From: an uncultured Verrucomicrobiae bacterium
GTDB lineage: Bacteria; Verrucomicrobiota; Verrucomicrobiia; Palsa-1439
Reading direction: 5' to 3'
Assembly: GCA_963812605.1 (NCBI GenBank)
Contig: CAWEWF010000008.1
Coordinates: 64,001 to 128,000 of the forward strand
DNA length: 64,000 nt
The notes under the pieces were generated by a model. The model did no database searches. It had not been told where the DNA came from and was given only the letters and a program-made list of their open reading frames with translations. A program made the translations under genes and the position numbers. Shown in pieces: positions 33,584-44,997 of the stretch (positions are counted from its first letter, which is position 1; each line of letters starts with the position of its first letter).

Positions 33584-33753
33584 CATATCCATGAATAATA
33601 ACGGAAACGTGATGTCCACGAGATACATAACGCATGAGTCATTTGTGCCCCGAGGGGGGCTTATTATTTCTCCATCGGTCATGGTGAAGTCTTCGTGCGC
33701 AGCCCGCAGTGTGGAGAAGTTTGCCGTAAATCAGACAAACGGGAATCTCTACC

Positions 33754-36700
33754 ATGAAGAATAACGATGTACGCAAGGGCCAATTGTCTGCTTGCCGGGT
33801 CAAAAGACGCACCCTGCCACTGCTGTTATTTTCACTCTTGTGCGCGGCGCTGGCAGGTCCGCAAGCGTTTGCCAATCCATCGCCCTCGATTAGTTCGCTG
33901 TCTCCTTCGGACACGAATCTTTGCGCCGGCGCGTTTACGCTAACGATGAACGGCTCCAGTTTTCAGAACGGCGCGACTGTGAGCTTCGGCGCGAACAATC
34001 GATCGACGACGTTTGTAAGCTCCAGCAAACTCACGGTCAGCATTCTGACGAACGATGTGGGTGCCGCAGGTAGTTTCACGGTCAAGATTACGAACCCGGA
34101 CGGTAAGACCGACAGCACAACCTTCACAGTCGACAAAGCCACGACTACCACCGCTGTGACGTCGTCGGCGAATCCCTCGTGTACTGGCAATCCGGTGAAT
34201 TTCACGGCGACAGTGAGCAGTCCAACCACATGTACCAATCTGACCGGAACTGTGCAATTCAAGATCGACGGTTCCAACTTTGGGACGGCGGTCACTCTCG
34301 CAAGCGGTAACGCCACCAGTGCGACGACCAATTCGCTTCCGCCGGGAAGCCATACGGTCACGGCCATATACAACGGTGACGGCAACTTCAACACCAGCAG
34401 CAATTCGGTTTCCGGCGGTCAGATTGTTACCGGCACCGTGGCGAGCAACAATGGTTCGATCTGTGCGGGCAGCACGTTGAATCTGACCGCTTCAACAGTC
34501 GCTGGCGCGACCTACAGTTGGACGGGTCCGAACGGTTTCAGCACCTCGGCGCAGAATCCCTCCATCGCCAACGCGACCACAGCAGCCTCCGGCATCTATA
34601 CTGTTGCGGTGACTGTGGCGGGTTGCACCCCGGTACCGGCAACCACTACCGCCACAGTCAACGCGATACCGGCAGCTCCAACGGCTGGCAATAGCGGCCC
34701 GATCTGTATGGGTAGCACATTGAACTTGACGGCCTCGACAGTTGCCGGTGCGACCTACAGTTGGACGGGTCCCAACAGCTTCAGTTCCTCGGCGCAGAAT
34801 CCCTCCATCGCCAACGCAACCACTGCGGCTTCCGGTATCTACAGTGTCGCGGTGACCGTGGTGGGTTGCACCTCGACCGCGGCTACGACCACCGTTACAG
34901 TCAATGCGATTCCGTCTGCACCCACTGCCGGGAACAATGGGCCAATCTGCGCCGGCAGTGCGTTGAACCTGACCGCCACGACTGTTTCCGGTGCGACCTA
35001 CAGCTGGACAGGTCCCAATAGCTTCAGTTCCTCAGCACAGAACCCTTCAATCCCCAGCGCCACCACTGCCGCCTCGGGTACTTACAGCGTCACCGTCACG
35101 GTCAACGGTTGCACTTCCGCGGCCGCAACAACCGCTGCGACGGTTAAGGCGATTCCGTCTGCACCGACGGCTGGCAACAATGGTCCGATCTGCGCGGGCA
35201 GTACGTTAAACCTGACCGCTTCGACTGTCGCTGGCGCGACCTATAGTTGGACGGGCCCCAACAGCTTCAGTTCTTCAGCCCAGAATCCTTCGATCCCCAG
35301 CGCCACCACTGCCGCCTCCGGCACCTACAACGTAACGGTCACGGTCAATGGCTGCACTTCCGCCGCCGCAACAACCATGCGACGGTCAATGCGAAACCGT
35401 CCTCGCCGACGGCTGGTAACAACGGTCCGATCTGCGCCGGCAGTACGTTGAACCTGACGGCCACGACTGTCGCCGGTGCGACCTACACCTGGACGGGTCC
35501 CAACAGCTTTAATTCTTCAGCGCAGAATCCTTCGATCAACAATGCGACCACGGCGGCCTCGGGCACCTATAGCGTAACCGTGACCGTGAACGGCTGCACC
35601 TCGACAGCGGGCACCACAACCGCGACGGTCAATGCGATCCCGGCCGCACCCACTGCGGGTAACAACGGCCCGATCTGCGCGGGCAGTACGTTAAACCTGA
35701 CCGCTTCGACTGTCGCTGGCGCGACCTATAGTTGGACGGGTCCCAACAGCTTCAGTTCTTCAGCCCAGAATCCTTCGATCAACAATGCGACCACGGCGGC
35801 TTCCGGCACCTATAGCGTGACGGTGACTGTGAACGGCTGCACTTCAGCCGCGGGCACCACCGCCGCAACAGTCAACGCGATTCCAGCCACACCGACGGCT
35901 GGCAACAGTGGCCCGATTTGCGAGGGCAGCACGTTGAACCTGACCGCTTCCACGATCGCCGGCGCAACCTATAGCTGGACCGGACCGAACAGCTTTAGCT
36001 CTTCAGGGCAGAATCCTTCGATCAACAACGCGACCACGGCAGCTTCCGGCACCTATAGCGTAACCGTGACCGTGAACGGCTGCACCTCGACAGCGGGCAG
36101 CACAACCGCGACGGTCAATGCGATCCCGGCCGCACCCACTGCGGGTAACAACGGCCCGATCTGCGCGGGCAGTACGTTAAACCTAACCGCCACGACTGTT
36201 GCCGGCGCTACCTACAGTTGGACGGGCCCTAATGGGTTTACCTCGGCTGATCAGAACCCGTCGATTTCGAATGTAACCGCATCAGCCTCCGGGTCCTATA
36301 GCGTGAGCGTGACCGTTAACGGCTGCCCCTCGACCGCGGCTACGACCATTGCGACTATCAACAGCGTGCCAGTCATCACCGGGCAAACATCCGGGGCGAC
36401 CAATTGCGTCGGCCAGATGATCGCGTTCTCTGTGACAGCCAGCGGGGACGGACTGACCTACCAGTGGAGCAAGGATGGAAACGGCATCGACGGCGCGACC
36501 AACAGCAGCTATGCGATTGCATCGGTCAGTAGCGGCGACGCCGGCAGCTACGACTGCGTCGTGAGCGGTACTTGCAGCCCAACTCTCACCTCGGGTCCCA
36601 TGATACTTACGGTCAGTCCCGCCGCGATTGGCGGGGCGGCGACGGTCACGGCAGCGAGTGTTTGCAGCGGCGACAGCATGACGATCACGCTGTCGGGCTA

Positions 36701-39700
36701 TCTGGGCTCGATTCAGTGGCAGTCCTCGACCGACAACGTGACGTTCGCTGATATCAGCAGTGCCACCAATGAAACATTGAGCACAGGGCCGGTGGTCATG
36801 GCGCTGTATTTCCAAGCGGTTGTCACCAGCAGCCCTTGCAGCTCGGCGACTTCCAGCGTGGCGGTGGTGACGGTGAACACCACGGCACCCCGGGTCAGTG
36901 CGGGGCCGATCGGCACGAATGTTTGTGAGGGCAGTACGACGACCTTCTCCGTGGCGGCGACCGGCAACGGTTCGCTCGGCTATGCGTGGCGCAAGCGCGG
37001 CACCGGCTGGGCCAACGGCTGGACCTTGAATGCCGGCGATGGCGGCTTCTTCACCGCCAGTTCGACCGGGAATGACAATGCGCAGGCGGCCTCCAATAGT
37101 GGGCAGGACATCGACACGGGCGGCAGCGCCTGGGGCTTGTCCAATGCCGGGCCAAATGTGACGGAAGCGCTACGCCTGTTCGATGCGCCCCTGTCGGTGG
37201 GCCAGACTTTCGCGATTGATATGGACAACGGCGCCAGCGTCGTGGGAACGGTCGGATTCGGGCTGCAGGATTCCAGCAGCGGGTCGAACCGGTTGGAGGT
37301 TTACTTTGTCGGCGGTCGGAGCAACTACACGATCAACGACGCCAACGGCGAGCACGACAGCGGTGTGCCGTTCACGTGGGCGGGATCAATGTGCAGGTGC
37401 GCCTGACCAGCACCAACACCTACGCGGTGACCATCACCCGTTACATCGATGGGCAGAGCGGCAGTTTCGCGGGCACCCTGAACAACGCCGGTGTGGTGGA
37501 TCGCCTGCGGCTGTTCGACGCCAACGGCGCGGGTGGCCCCAATAACGATCTGTATTTCAACAGCCTCCGAGTGGCTTCGGCTGATGACAACGCCGCGGAT
37601 GCAGCCTACAGCAGCGGCTGGTCCAATGGCGCAAATGGCGGCCAGGTGCCGTTGGTTGATGGCGGTGATGTCGTCGGGTCGGGCACGTCCACACTAACGA
37701 TCTCACCCGCCGCCATGGCAGACGGCGGCTCCTATGATGTTTCGGTGGTCGATGGCTGCGGCCTGGTCGCGATTTCCAGCGCAGCAGGATTGACGGTGAA
37801 CCCGAACCCGACGGCGTTCAACCTGACGGGCGGCGGTTCGTACTGCAACGGTGGCAGCGGAGTGCTGGTTGGGTTGGATGGCTCACAATCGAATGTCAAC
37901 TATCAGTTGGAGCTGAACAACGTCAACACCGGTTCGCCGGTGACGGGCACGGGCGACGCGCTCTCGTTTGGCAACCAGACAACGGCGGGCGCGTACACGG
38001 TGGTCGCGACGGATGCCGGCACCGGTTGCACTACATCGATGAGCGGCAGCGCGGTGGTCACGATCAACCCCTTGCCGACGGTATTCAATGTAACGGGCGG
38101 TGGAACGTATTGCTCGGGTGGCAGCGGAGGGCTGGTTGGGTTGGATGGTTCGCAGCCCAACGTCAACTATCAGTTGCAGCTTAACAACGTCAACGACGGT
38201 TCGCCGGTGACGGGCACGGGCAGCGCTCTGTCGTTTGGTAATCAAACAGCAGCGGGCGTGTACACCGTGGTGGCCAGTGATGGCACGACGGGCTGCACTT
38301 CATCGATGGCCGGTAGCGCGACGGTCACAATCAATCCGACCCCGAGTTGCACGGTCAGTCCGACTAGCGCAACGATCTGCGCTGGTGGGTCCCAGACCTT
38401 CACGGTAAACCCGAGTGGCGGCACGCCGGGTTACACCTATCTCTGGAGCGACCGCACAACGGGAATGAGCATCACCACGAATGCAGCCGGCACGTACTCT
38501 GTGACCGTGACGGATTCCGACGGCTGCACAACGACGTGTAGTGTGACCCTGACGGTCAATCCGCTCCCAGTGGCCTTCAATGTGACCGGCGGCGGAGCGT
38601 ATTGCGCAGGCGGCAGCGGAGTAACGGTTGGGCTGGATGGTTCGCAGTCCGGGGTCAATTACCAGTTGCAGATCAACGCTGTCGACACCGGCTCGCCCGT
38701 CTCTGGCACGGGTGTCGCACTGTCCTTTGGCAACCAGACGGGAACAGGCACGTACACCGTGGTGGCCATCGACGGTACCCACCGGCTGCACCTCGTCGAT
38801 GACCGGGAGCACGACCGTCACGATCAATCCGACGCCGAACGTCACCAGCGGACCGAATCCGCAAGCAGTCTGCGCGAGTGGTAATGCCAACTTCGCGATC
38901 ACAGCCAGCGGTACTGGTTTGAGCTATCAGTGGCGTGAGAACGGGTCACCGATCAGCGACGGCGGCACCATCGGCGGTTCGACCACAACGAATCTGGTGC
39001 TCACCGGCGTGGCGACGGGCGATTCCGGCAACAGCTTTGATTGCGTGGTCAGCGGCACGTGCAGTCCGCCGGCGACCTCCAGCGCGGCGACCTTGACGGT
39101 GAATGCCGGCGCGGTCGGCGGCAGCGCGGCGGCGACACTGACCAGCCTTTGCCTTGGCGACGGCACGACCGTCACGCTGTCCGGCAGCACCGGAGATATC
39201 CAATGGCAGTCCTCAACGGACAACGTGGTGTACGCCAACATCAGCGGTGCGACCAACACGACGGTGAACATCGGAGCGCTGCTGGCAACGACCTACTTCC
39301 AGGCTTTGCTGAGCAGTCCGTGCAGCTCGGCGACTTCCAGCGTGGCCACCGTCTCGGTCAACACCACCGCGCCCAGTATCAGTGCGGAGCCGGCCAGCAC
39401 GAATGTTTGCCAGGGCGGCACCGCGAGCTTCTCGGTCAGCGCCACCGGTAACGGCACGCTGGGTTATGCCTGGCGCAAGCGGGGCACCGGCTGGGCCAAC
39501 GGCTGGAGCTTGAATAGCGGCGATGGCGGCTTCTTTACCGCCAGTTCCACCGGCAATGACAATTCCCAGCCGGCCTCCAATGGCGGGCAGGACATTAACA
39601 CCGGCGGTATCGCCTGGGGCATGTTCAATACCGGGCCGGGTGTGACCGAAGCACTCCGGCAGTTCAATGCGCCTTTGCCCGTGGGCCAGACTTTCGCGAT

Positions 39701-42230
39701 GGACATGGACAACGGCGCCAGCGTCGTGGGAACGGTCGGATTCGGGCTGCAGGATTCCAGCAGCGGGTCGAACCGGTTGGAGGTCTACTTCGTCGGGGGC
39801 CGCAGCGATTACACGATCAACGACGCCAACGGCGAACACGACAGCGGTGTGCCGTTCATGTGGGCCGGGATCAATGTGCAGGTGCGCCTGACCAGCACCA
39901 ACACTTACGCGGTGACCATCACCCGTTACATCGACGGACAGAGCGGCAGTTTCGCGGGCACGCTGAACAACGTCGGTGTGGTGGATCGCCTGCGGCTGTT
40001 CGACGCCAACGGCGCAGGTGGCTCCGCCAACGATCTGTACTTCAACAGTCTGCGAGTGGCTTCGGCTGATGACAACGCTGCGGACGCGGCCTACAGTGGT
40101 GGGTGGACCGATGGCGCAAATGGCGGCCAGATGCCGTTGGTTGATGGCGGCGATGTCGTCGGGTCGGGCACGTCCATACTAACGATCTCACCCGCCGCCA
40201 TGGCGGACAGCGGCTCCTATGATGTTTCGGTGGTCGATGGCTGCGGCCTGGTCACGATTTCCAGTGCAGCAGGATTGACGGTGAACCCGAACCCGACGGC
40301 GTTCAACCTGACGGGCGGCGGCGCGTATTGCGACGGTGGCAGTGGAGTGCTGGTTGGGTTGGATGGCTCACAATCGAATGTCAACTATCAGTTGGAGCTT
40401 AACAACGTCAACACGAGTTCACCGGTGACGGGCACGGGCAGCGCCCTGTCGTTTGGTAATCAAACAGCAGCGGGTGCGTACACCGTGGTGGCCAGCGATA
40501 GCACAACGGGTTGCATCTCGACCATGAGCGGCGGTGCGACCGTCACGATCAATCCAGTACCGACGGTGTTCAATGTTACGGGCGGTGGAACGTATTGCGC
40601 GGGTGGCAGCGGAGAGCTGGTTGGGTTGGATGGCTCACAATCGAATGTCAACTATCAGTTGGAGCTTAACAACGTCAACACGGGTTCACCGGTGACGGGC
40701 ACGGGCAGCGCCCTGTCGTTTGGTAATCAAACAGCAGCGGGTGCGTACACCGTGGTGGCCAGCGATAGCACAACGGGTTGCATCTCGACCATGAGCGGCG
40801 GTGCGACCGTCACGATCAATCCAGTACCGACGGTGTTCAATATTACGGGCGGTGGCACGTATTGCGCGGGTGGCAGTGGAATGCTGATTGGATTGGATGG
40901 TTCGCAATCGAACGTCAACTATCAGTTGCAACTGAACAACGTCGCCACCAGCTCGCCGGTGGCGGGCACGGGCAGCGCCCTGTCGTTTGGCAACGAAACA
41001 GCGGCGGGTACGTACACGGTGGTCGCGACGGATGCCAGCACCGGCTGTGCCTCGTCGATGGCCAGCAGCGCTACGGTCGCGATCAATCCCTTGCCGACGG
41101 CATTCAATATCACCGGCGGTGGCGCCTATTGTGCGGGTGGTGGCGGGGTACCAGTCGGGTTGGATGGGTCGCAGTCCGGGGTCAACTATCAGTTGCAACG
41201 CGACAATGTCAATACCGGCTCACCTGTCCCTGGCACCAGAAGCGCACTGTCATTTGGCAACCAGACGGCAGTGGGTACGTACGCGGTGGTGGCCACGGAT
41301 GGCGGGACGGGTTGCATCTCGACGATGGGCGGCAGCGCGACCGTCACAATCAATCCGACCCCGAGTTGCACGGTCAGTCCGACTAGCGCAACGATCTGCG
41401 CTGGTGGGTCCCAGACCTTCACGGTAAACCCGGGCGGCGGCACGCCGGGTTACACCTATCTCTGGAGCGACCGCACAACAGGATTGAGCATCACCACGAA
41501 CGCAGCCGGCACATACTCTGTGACCATGACGAATTCCGACGGCTGCACAACGACGTGTAGTGTGACCCTGACGGTCAATCCGCTCCCAGTGGCCTTCAAT
41601 GTGACCGGCGGCGGAGCGTATTGCGCAGGCGGCAGCGGAGTAACGGTTGGGCTGGATGGTTCGCAGTCCGGGATCAATTACCAACTGCAGATCAACGCTG
41701 TCGACACCGGCTCGCCTGTCGCTGGCACGGGTGCCGCACTGTCCTTCGGGAACCAAACGGGCGTCGGTACCTACACGGTCGTGGCCACCGATGGCACGAC
41801 GGGTTGCATTTCATCGATGACTGGTAGCGCGACGGTTTCATTCACCGATCCATTCCCATGCTGGCAATTGCAGTACTTTGGCTGCACCAACTGCCCGCAG
41901 GCGGATGCAGCGGCAGATCCCGATGGCGATGGCCAGAACAACCTGGCGGAGTTTCTCGCGGGCACCGACCCGACCAACAGCGCGTCGGTATTGCGCATTA
42001 TCTCGGTGGTGCCGCAGGGCTCCGACCTGACGATTACCTGGACGACTGCCGGCGGGCACACCAATGCGCTGCAGGCTACGGTGGGTAACCCCGGTTACAA
42101 CACCAACTTCGCGGATATTAGCGACCCGATCATCATCACCGGCAGTGGGGACGCGACAACCAACTACATGGATCTTGGTGGAGTGACCAATGCGCCGGCG
42201 CGGTTCTATCGAGTGCGGCTGGTGCCGTAG
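33754..42230 (+). CDS. Giant secreted Ig-repeat surface protein/adhesin (about 2820 aa) with C-terminal FYRVRLVP domain; frameshifts near 35377, 37380 and 38780
   Basis: Signal peptide, IPT/TIG and Big-like domains, two tandem repeat classes, Ig domains, DPDGDG..NLAE..AGTDP; four ORFs join collinearly. Confidence 0.88.
34441..36365 (+). repeat. Eight tandem 243-bp (81-aa) coding repeats
   Basis: AGNNGPICAGSTLNLTAST.AGATYSWTGPN.F.SSAQNPSI units start near 34441, 34684, 34927, 35170, 35412, 35655, 35898 and 36141. Confidence 0.92.
37800..41845 (+). repeat. Eight 267-bp (89-aa) coding repeats in two blocks, part of a higher-order duplication (about 36620-38820 versus 39105-41845)
   Basis: FNVTGGGAYCAGGSGV.VGLDGSQSNVNYQL units; near-identical DNA at 38320-38780 versus 41340-41800 and in adjacent units at 40340-40870. 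Confidence 0.88.
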
Positions 42231-42257
42231 TGGTGGCGGCTAGCCAGGCTAGGATTA

Positions 42258-42428
42258 TTAACGAACACACCGATCACATCGATTGGCGTGCACCGGACAT
42301 CCGTGCTTCCGTTCCTTGTGTCCAGGTTTCCCGTGGCAGACGTGAAGGAAATATTTCCATTCACGCCGGCAGATGGCGACACGGCAATGCCGTCGCCGCA
42401 GTGTTTTTATTCGACGGGCGTTCTTCAT
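42258..42428 (-). CDS. 56-aa basic Cys/His-rich protein, possible Zn binder (absent from the ORF track)
   Basis: MKNARRIKTLRRRHCRVAICRREWKYFLHVCHGKPGHKERKHGCPVHANRCDRCVR; ATGA overlap with the nuclease stop codon. Confidence 0.45.
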   Translation of the reverse strand: MKNARRIKTLRRRHCRVAICRREWKYFLHVCHGKPGHKERKHGCPVHANRCDRCVR

Positions 42429-43138
42429 ATTGTTGCCTCCGTAGCGAGTTGGATCAGGTCCTTCAGTCGCTGACAGTCTTTGCAGTCACTACGACCTGCC
42501 GGGGGCTCCGACATATTCGCGATCTGGCGCACCTTGGCCAGCAGCGGCAGGATGCCTTTCGCGTGGAGTTCTACCGGCACGATCTTGGCAGCGAAATTCA
42601 TCGAGAACCCATTGTTGCGGTACAGAGCGAGCGGATTGCTATTGTCGAGTGGCTGTGGTTCACAATAAATCAACCACAGCGACGAGACCCGTCCCAGGCC
42701 AAGCTGCTCGGTGATCGTCGCGTAGCCGTTTAACTGCGCGTGATACAGCGGCAAGAGCGCGTCCGCGTTCTCGGTGTATTTCGCAGTTTTGTAATCCAGG
42801 ATGCTGATGCTGCCGTCGGAGCAACGTGTCATTTCGTCTGGGGCGCCCACCAGCAATATGTCGGTGGCTTCATCCAGCCACCCGAATTTTGACCAGTGCG
42901 GTACTGCCAGGGGTGTACCCAAGTCGGGCGGCAACCAAGACGGAAGGTGGCTGTGTGCCGCAAAATGAGCGGCGACGACGCGCTTAACATGGCTGTCCAG
43001 CGTACTGAAAATCCCCGGGAAAAAAGTGAATGGCATTCGCCACCCGCACCGCAGTTGAAGCCAGAAGCACCGCGCACAGAAGTTCGGCATGGCCAACTCC
43101 CCAAGATGTTTAGCCGAGATGCGAATTGGTTGGTTCAT
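42425..43138 (-). CDS. PD-(D/E)XK nuclease superfamily protein (Cas4/AddB-like cysteine staple)
   Basis: N-terminal CARC, GAPDE, ILDYKT, QLNGY, C-terminal C.DC. Confidence 0.85.
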   Translation of the reverse strand: MNQPIRISAKHLGELAMPNFCARCFWLQLRCGWRMPFTFFPGIFSTLDSHVKRVVAAHFAAHSHLPSWLPPDLGTPLAVPHWSKFGWLDEATDILLVGAPDEMTRCSDGSISILDYKTAKYTENADALLPLYHAQLNGYATITEQLGLGRVSSLWLIYCEPQPLDNSNPLALYRNNGFSMNFAAKIVPVELHAKGILPLLAKVRQIANMSEPPAGRSDCKDCQRLKDLIQLATEATI

Positions 43139-43199
43139 CGTTCGCCCTCCGCCGCGGCCTGCAGCAGCCGGTCATTCAGCACTTGGGAGATTCGGCTGG

Positions 43200-43274
43200 G
43201 ATCCCGTCAGCCGCGGCGCCGAAAGGCTTGGCGACCTGCTTGAGATCCGTTGAGAGCGTGTAGCGACCGCACAT
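43200..43274 (-). pseudogene. N-terminal remnant of an SOS response-associated peptidase (SRAP)
   Basis: MCGRYTLSTDLKQVAKPF start, then loses similarity. Confidence 0.65.
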
Positions 43275-43305
43275 ACTGCGATTGTTGTCCCGCCGCCGAA
43301 GAATT

Positions 43306-43590
43306 TCAAGCGGACAACGGCTTTGCTCGCTCGTCCACTGAATATTCCTCCGGCAGGCACGAGGCACGGTTCAGTCGCCGAGTCCCGGTCACGGCGATTC
43401 GCTGGAGGAGTTCAAGCCGTGTCGCCACCGGCACTTCCTGCCATGCCGGCATTCTCTCCAGGGTCAGTGCTTCGTCCCGACGAACCAGCAGACCCCAGTG
43501 CAACGGCACCTCGTGAACCTTTAGAATTCCGTCCTCGACAACCAGGAAGCAGAGGTTCGCGCACTGGTAGCGCGCGACCTTGTCGAACTT
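43306..43590 (-). pseudogene. C-terminal fragment of a conserved protein, possibly MmcB-like nuclease fold
   Basis: KFDKVARYQCANLCFLVVEDGILKVHEVPLHWGLLV resembles the Y/F.V.P......E.P..WGLL tail; 5' part missing. Confidence 0.35.
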
Positions 43591-44310
43591 GGTCTTGCCA
43601 TATAGCCCACGAGCATCTCAAGGCCGCCTTCATCGAGCTTGGGCCAGCCGTCGCTCGCCGTCCTGAATGTGATCCCCTTTGGCGGGCGCGCATCGCCGAG
43701 CATTTCTTTCAGGCGTTTTTGAATCCGTCGGCCCGTATCTTCCAGCGCCAGTACCAGTATCTCATGAATCCTGTCGCTCGCCTTCGGGCCGAGATTCAGC
43801 GCCCCGGCGGCAGCAAAGGTGATGCTCAGAATTAAATAACTTTTCCCCAATTTGGGCGGTCCTGCCACAACGGCCGTGCCCCGGTCGGGTAATACGAGTT
43901 CAATGACCCAAGTCACGGGTTCAAATGTTTCATCGTAAATCTCCTCAGCCGACCAGAAGCGCCCGCCGTCTTGTGCGACGGGTACCAGCGCAGCCGAGGG
44001 GCTGGTGAAGCTCGGTGCGACGCCCACGCTGTTGGAATCGAGCCAGAGGAGCTTCTGCCAGGCGCCATCTTTGTCGACACGACGAGAGCCAGGAAGTCGG
44101 CACGGCTGACTGGCGGTGAACATCTCCGTATCAAATCCCCACGCGGAAACTATAGTTTTAAGTTCGGCAACAACCTCCTCGGATGGATAATCGAACCAGG
44201 CGTGCAAGCTTTTGCCTGCCGTGTTCACGATCGCTCGCAGGCGCATGAATCGTCTGCAGCATTTATAAACAGCGAGCACCTGTTCGTGCGTGGCGTTGTC
44301 GTGTTCCAAT
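43590..44310 (-). pseudogene. Internal fragment of a primase-polymerase/AAA (RepA-like) helicase fusion
   Basis: AIVNTAGKSLHAWF, SQPCRLPG, Walker A GPPKLGKS, LVLALED; both ends missing. Confidence 0.72.
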
Positions 44311-44895
44311 GGCCTTGGGGGCTCTGGGCGTGGACACGCTGCCCCTTGGGGGCACGCCCGCACAGACGGGTCAGGTTGGTCTTGGCACCCGATTCGTCCA
44401 GGAAGATCAATCGGGCGGGGTCGAAGCTGGCTTGTCGGCGGCGCCACGTGCGGCGCGCCCGCGTGATATCCGCACGGTCTTGCTCGCTGGCCCGGAGCGT
44501 CTTTTTTTACATGTCAGTCCCCTCCGCTGCAGCGCGTAATGGATGGCGGGCAGCGAGCAGTTCAGCGCCACCGCCACGCGGAGTTCTTTCAAGGTGAGGT
44601 TGGGTTTGCGACTCAGCAGCGTCCGCATCTGGCGCTGATGGGCCGCCAGGATCAGGGGCTTGCGCCCGGAGCAGTGATGACGCGGGGCGATGTCTCCGAT
44701 CCGGCGGCGCTGCTGCAAGAGCTTCTTGACCATGCCCAGCGACACGCCGTAGCGATTCGCGACCTCATCTCGCGTGCCCTCCTCACGGTCGTAGGAAGTC
44801 AAAATCCGTTCGCGCAGGTCCAACGATAAGGTTCGCATCAGTCCAGTCTGTCACAGACGAGACTAGATGGCTACACTTTTATTTAAAATGCTCTA
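44290..44895 (-). mobile_element. Truncated IS630-family element (left end, HTH orfA, start of DDE orfB)
   Basis: End TA-GAGCATTTTAAATAAAAGTGTAGCC; SLDLRERI HTH; A7G slippery site at 44501-44508 giving KKTLRASEQDR; LIFLDESGAKTNL; stops at GHWNTTT. Confidence 0.88.
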
Positions 44896-44997
44896 AATGG
44901 CCAAGAGGAATATTTTTCCAAGGAGTGCCGGGGAGATCACCGATTGGTCAGCGGACGGAGCAAGGCCGCCGACGCAGTACCATACATCGACCGCAGC

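Noticed and set aside
35370-38790. Adhesin frameshifts as programmed frameshifting or phase variation
   Set aside because: No long homopolymers or slippery heptamers at the breaks, and the paralogous repeat copies are intact, which favours sequencing indels
34441-41845. Long tandem repeats as a CRISPR array or non-coding repeat array
   Set aside because: Units are 243 and 267 bp, in frame, vary mostly at synonymous sites and have no unique spacers; they are protein domain repeats
42425-43138. Cas4-like gene as part of a CRISPR-Cas system
   Set aside because: No cas1/cas2 or array in the window; the context is a mobile-element backbone
43280-43450. Start of a large serine recombinase element
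   Set aside because: The resemblance (PLEILRRR) is too short, no YxRxS motif follows, and the region is better explained as the tail of the 43306-43590 fragment
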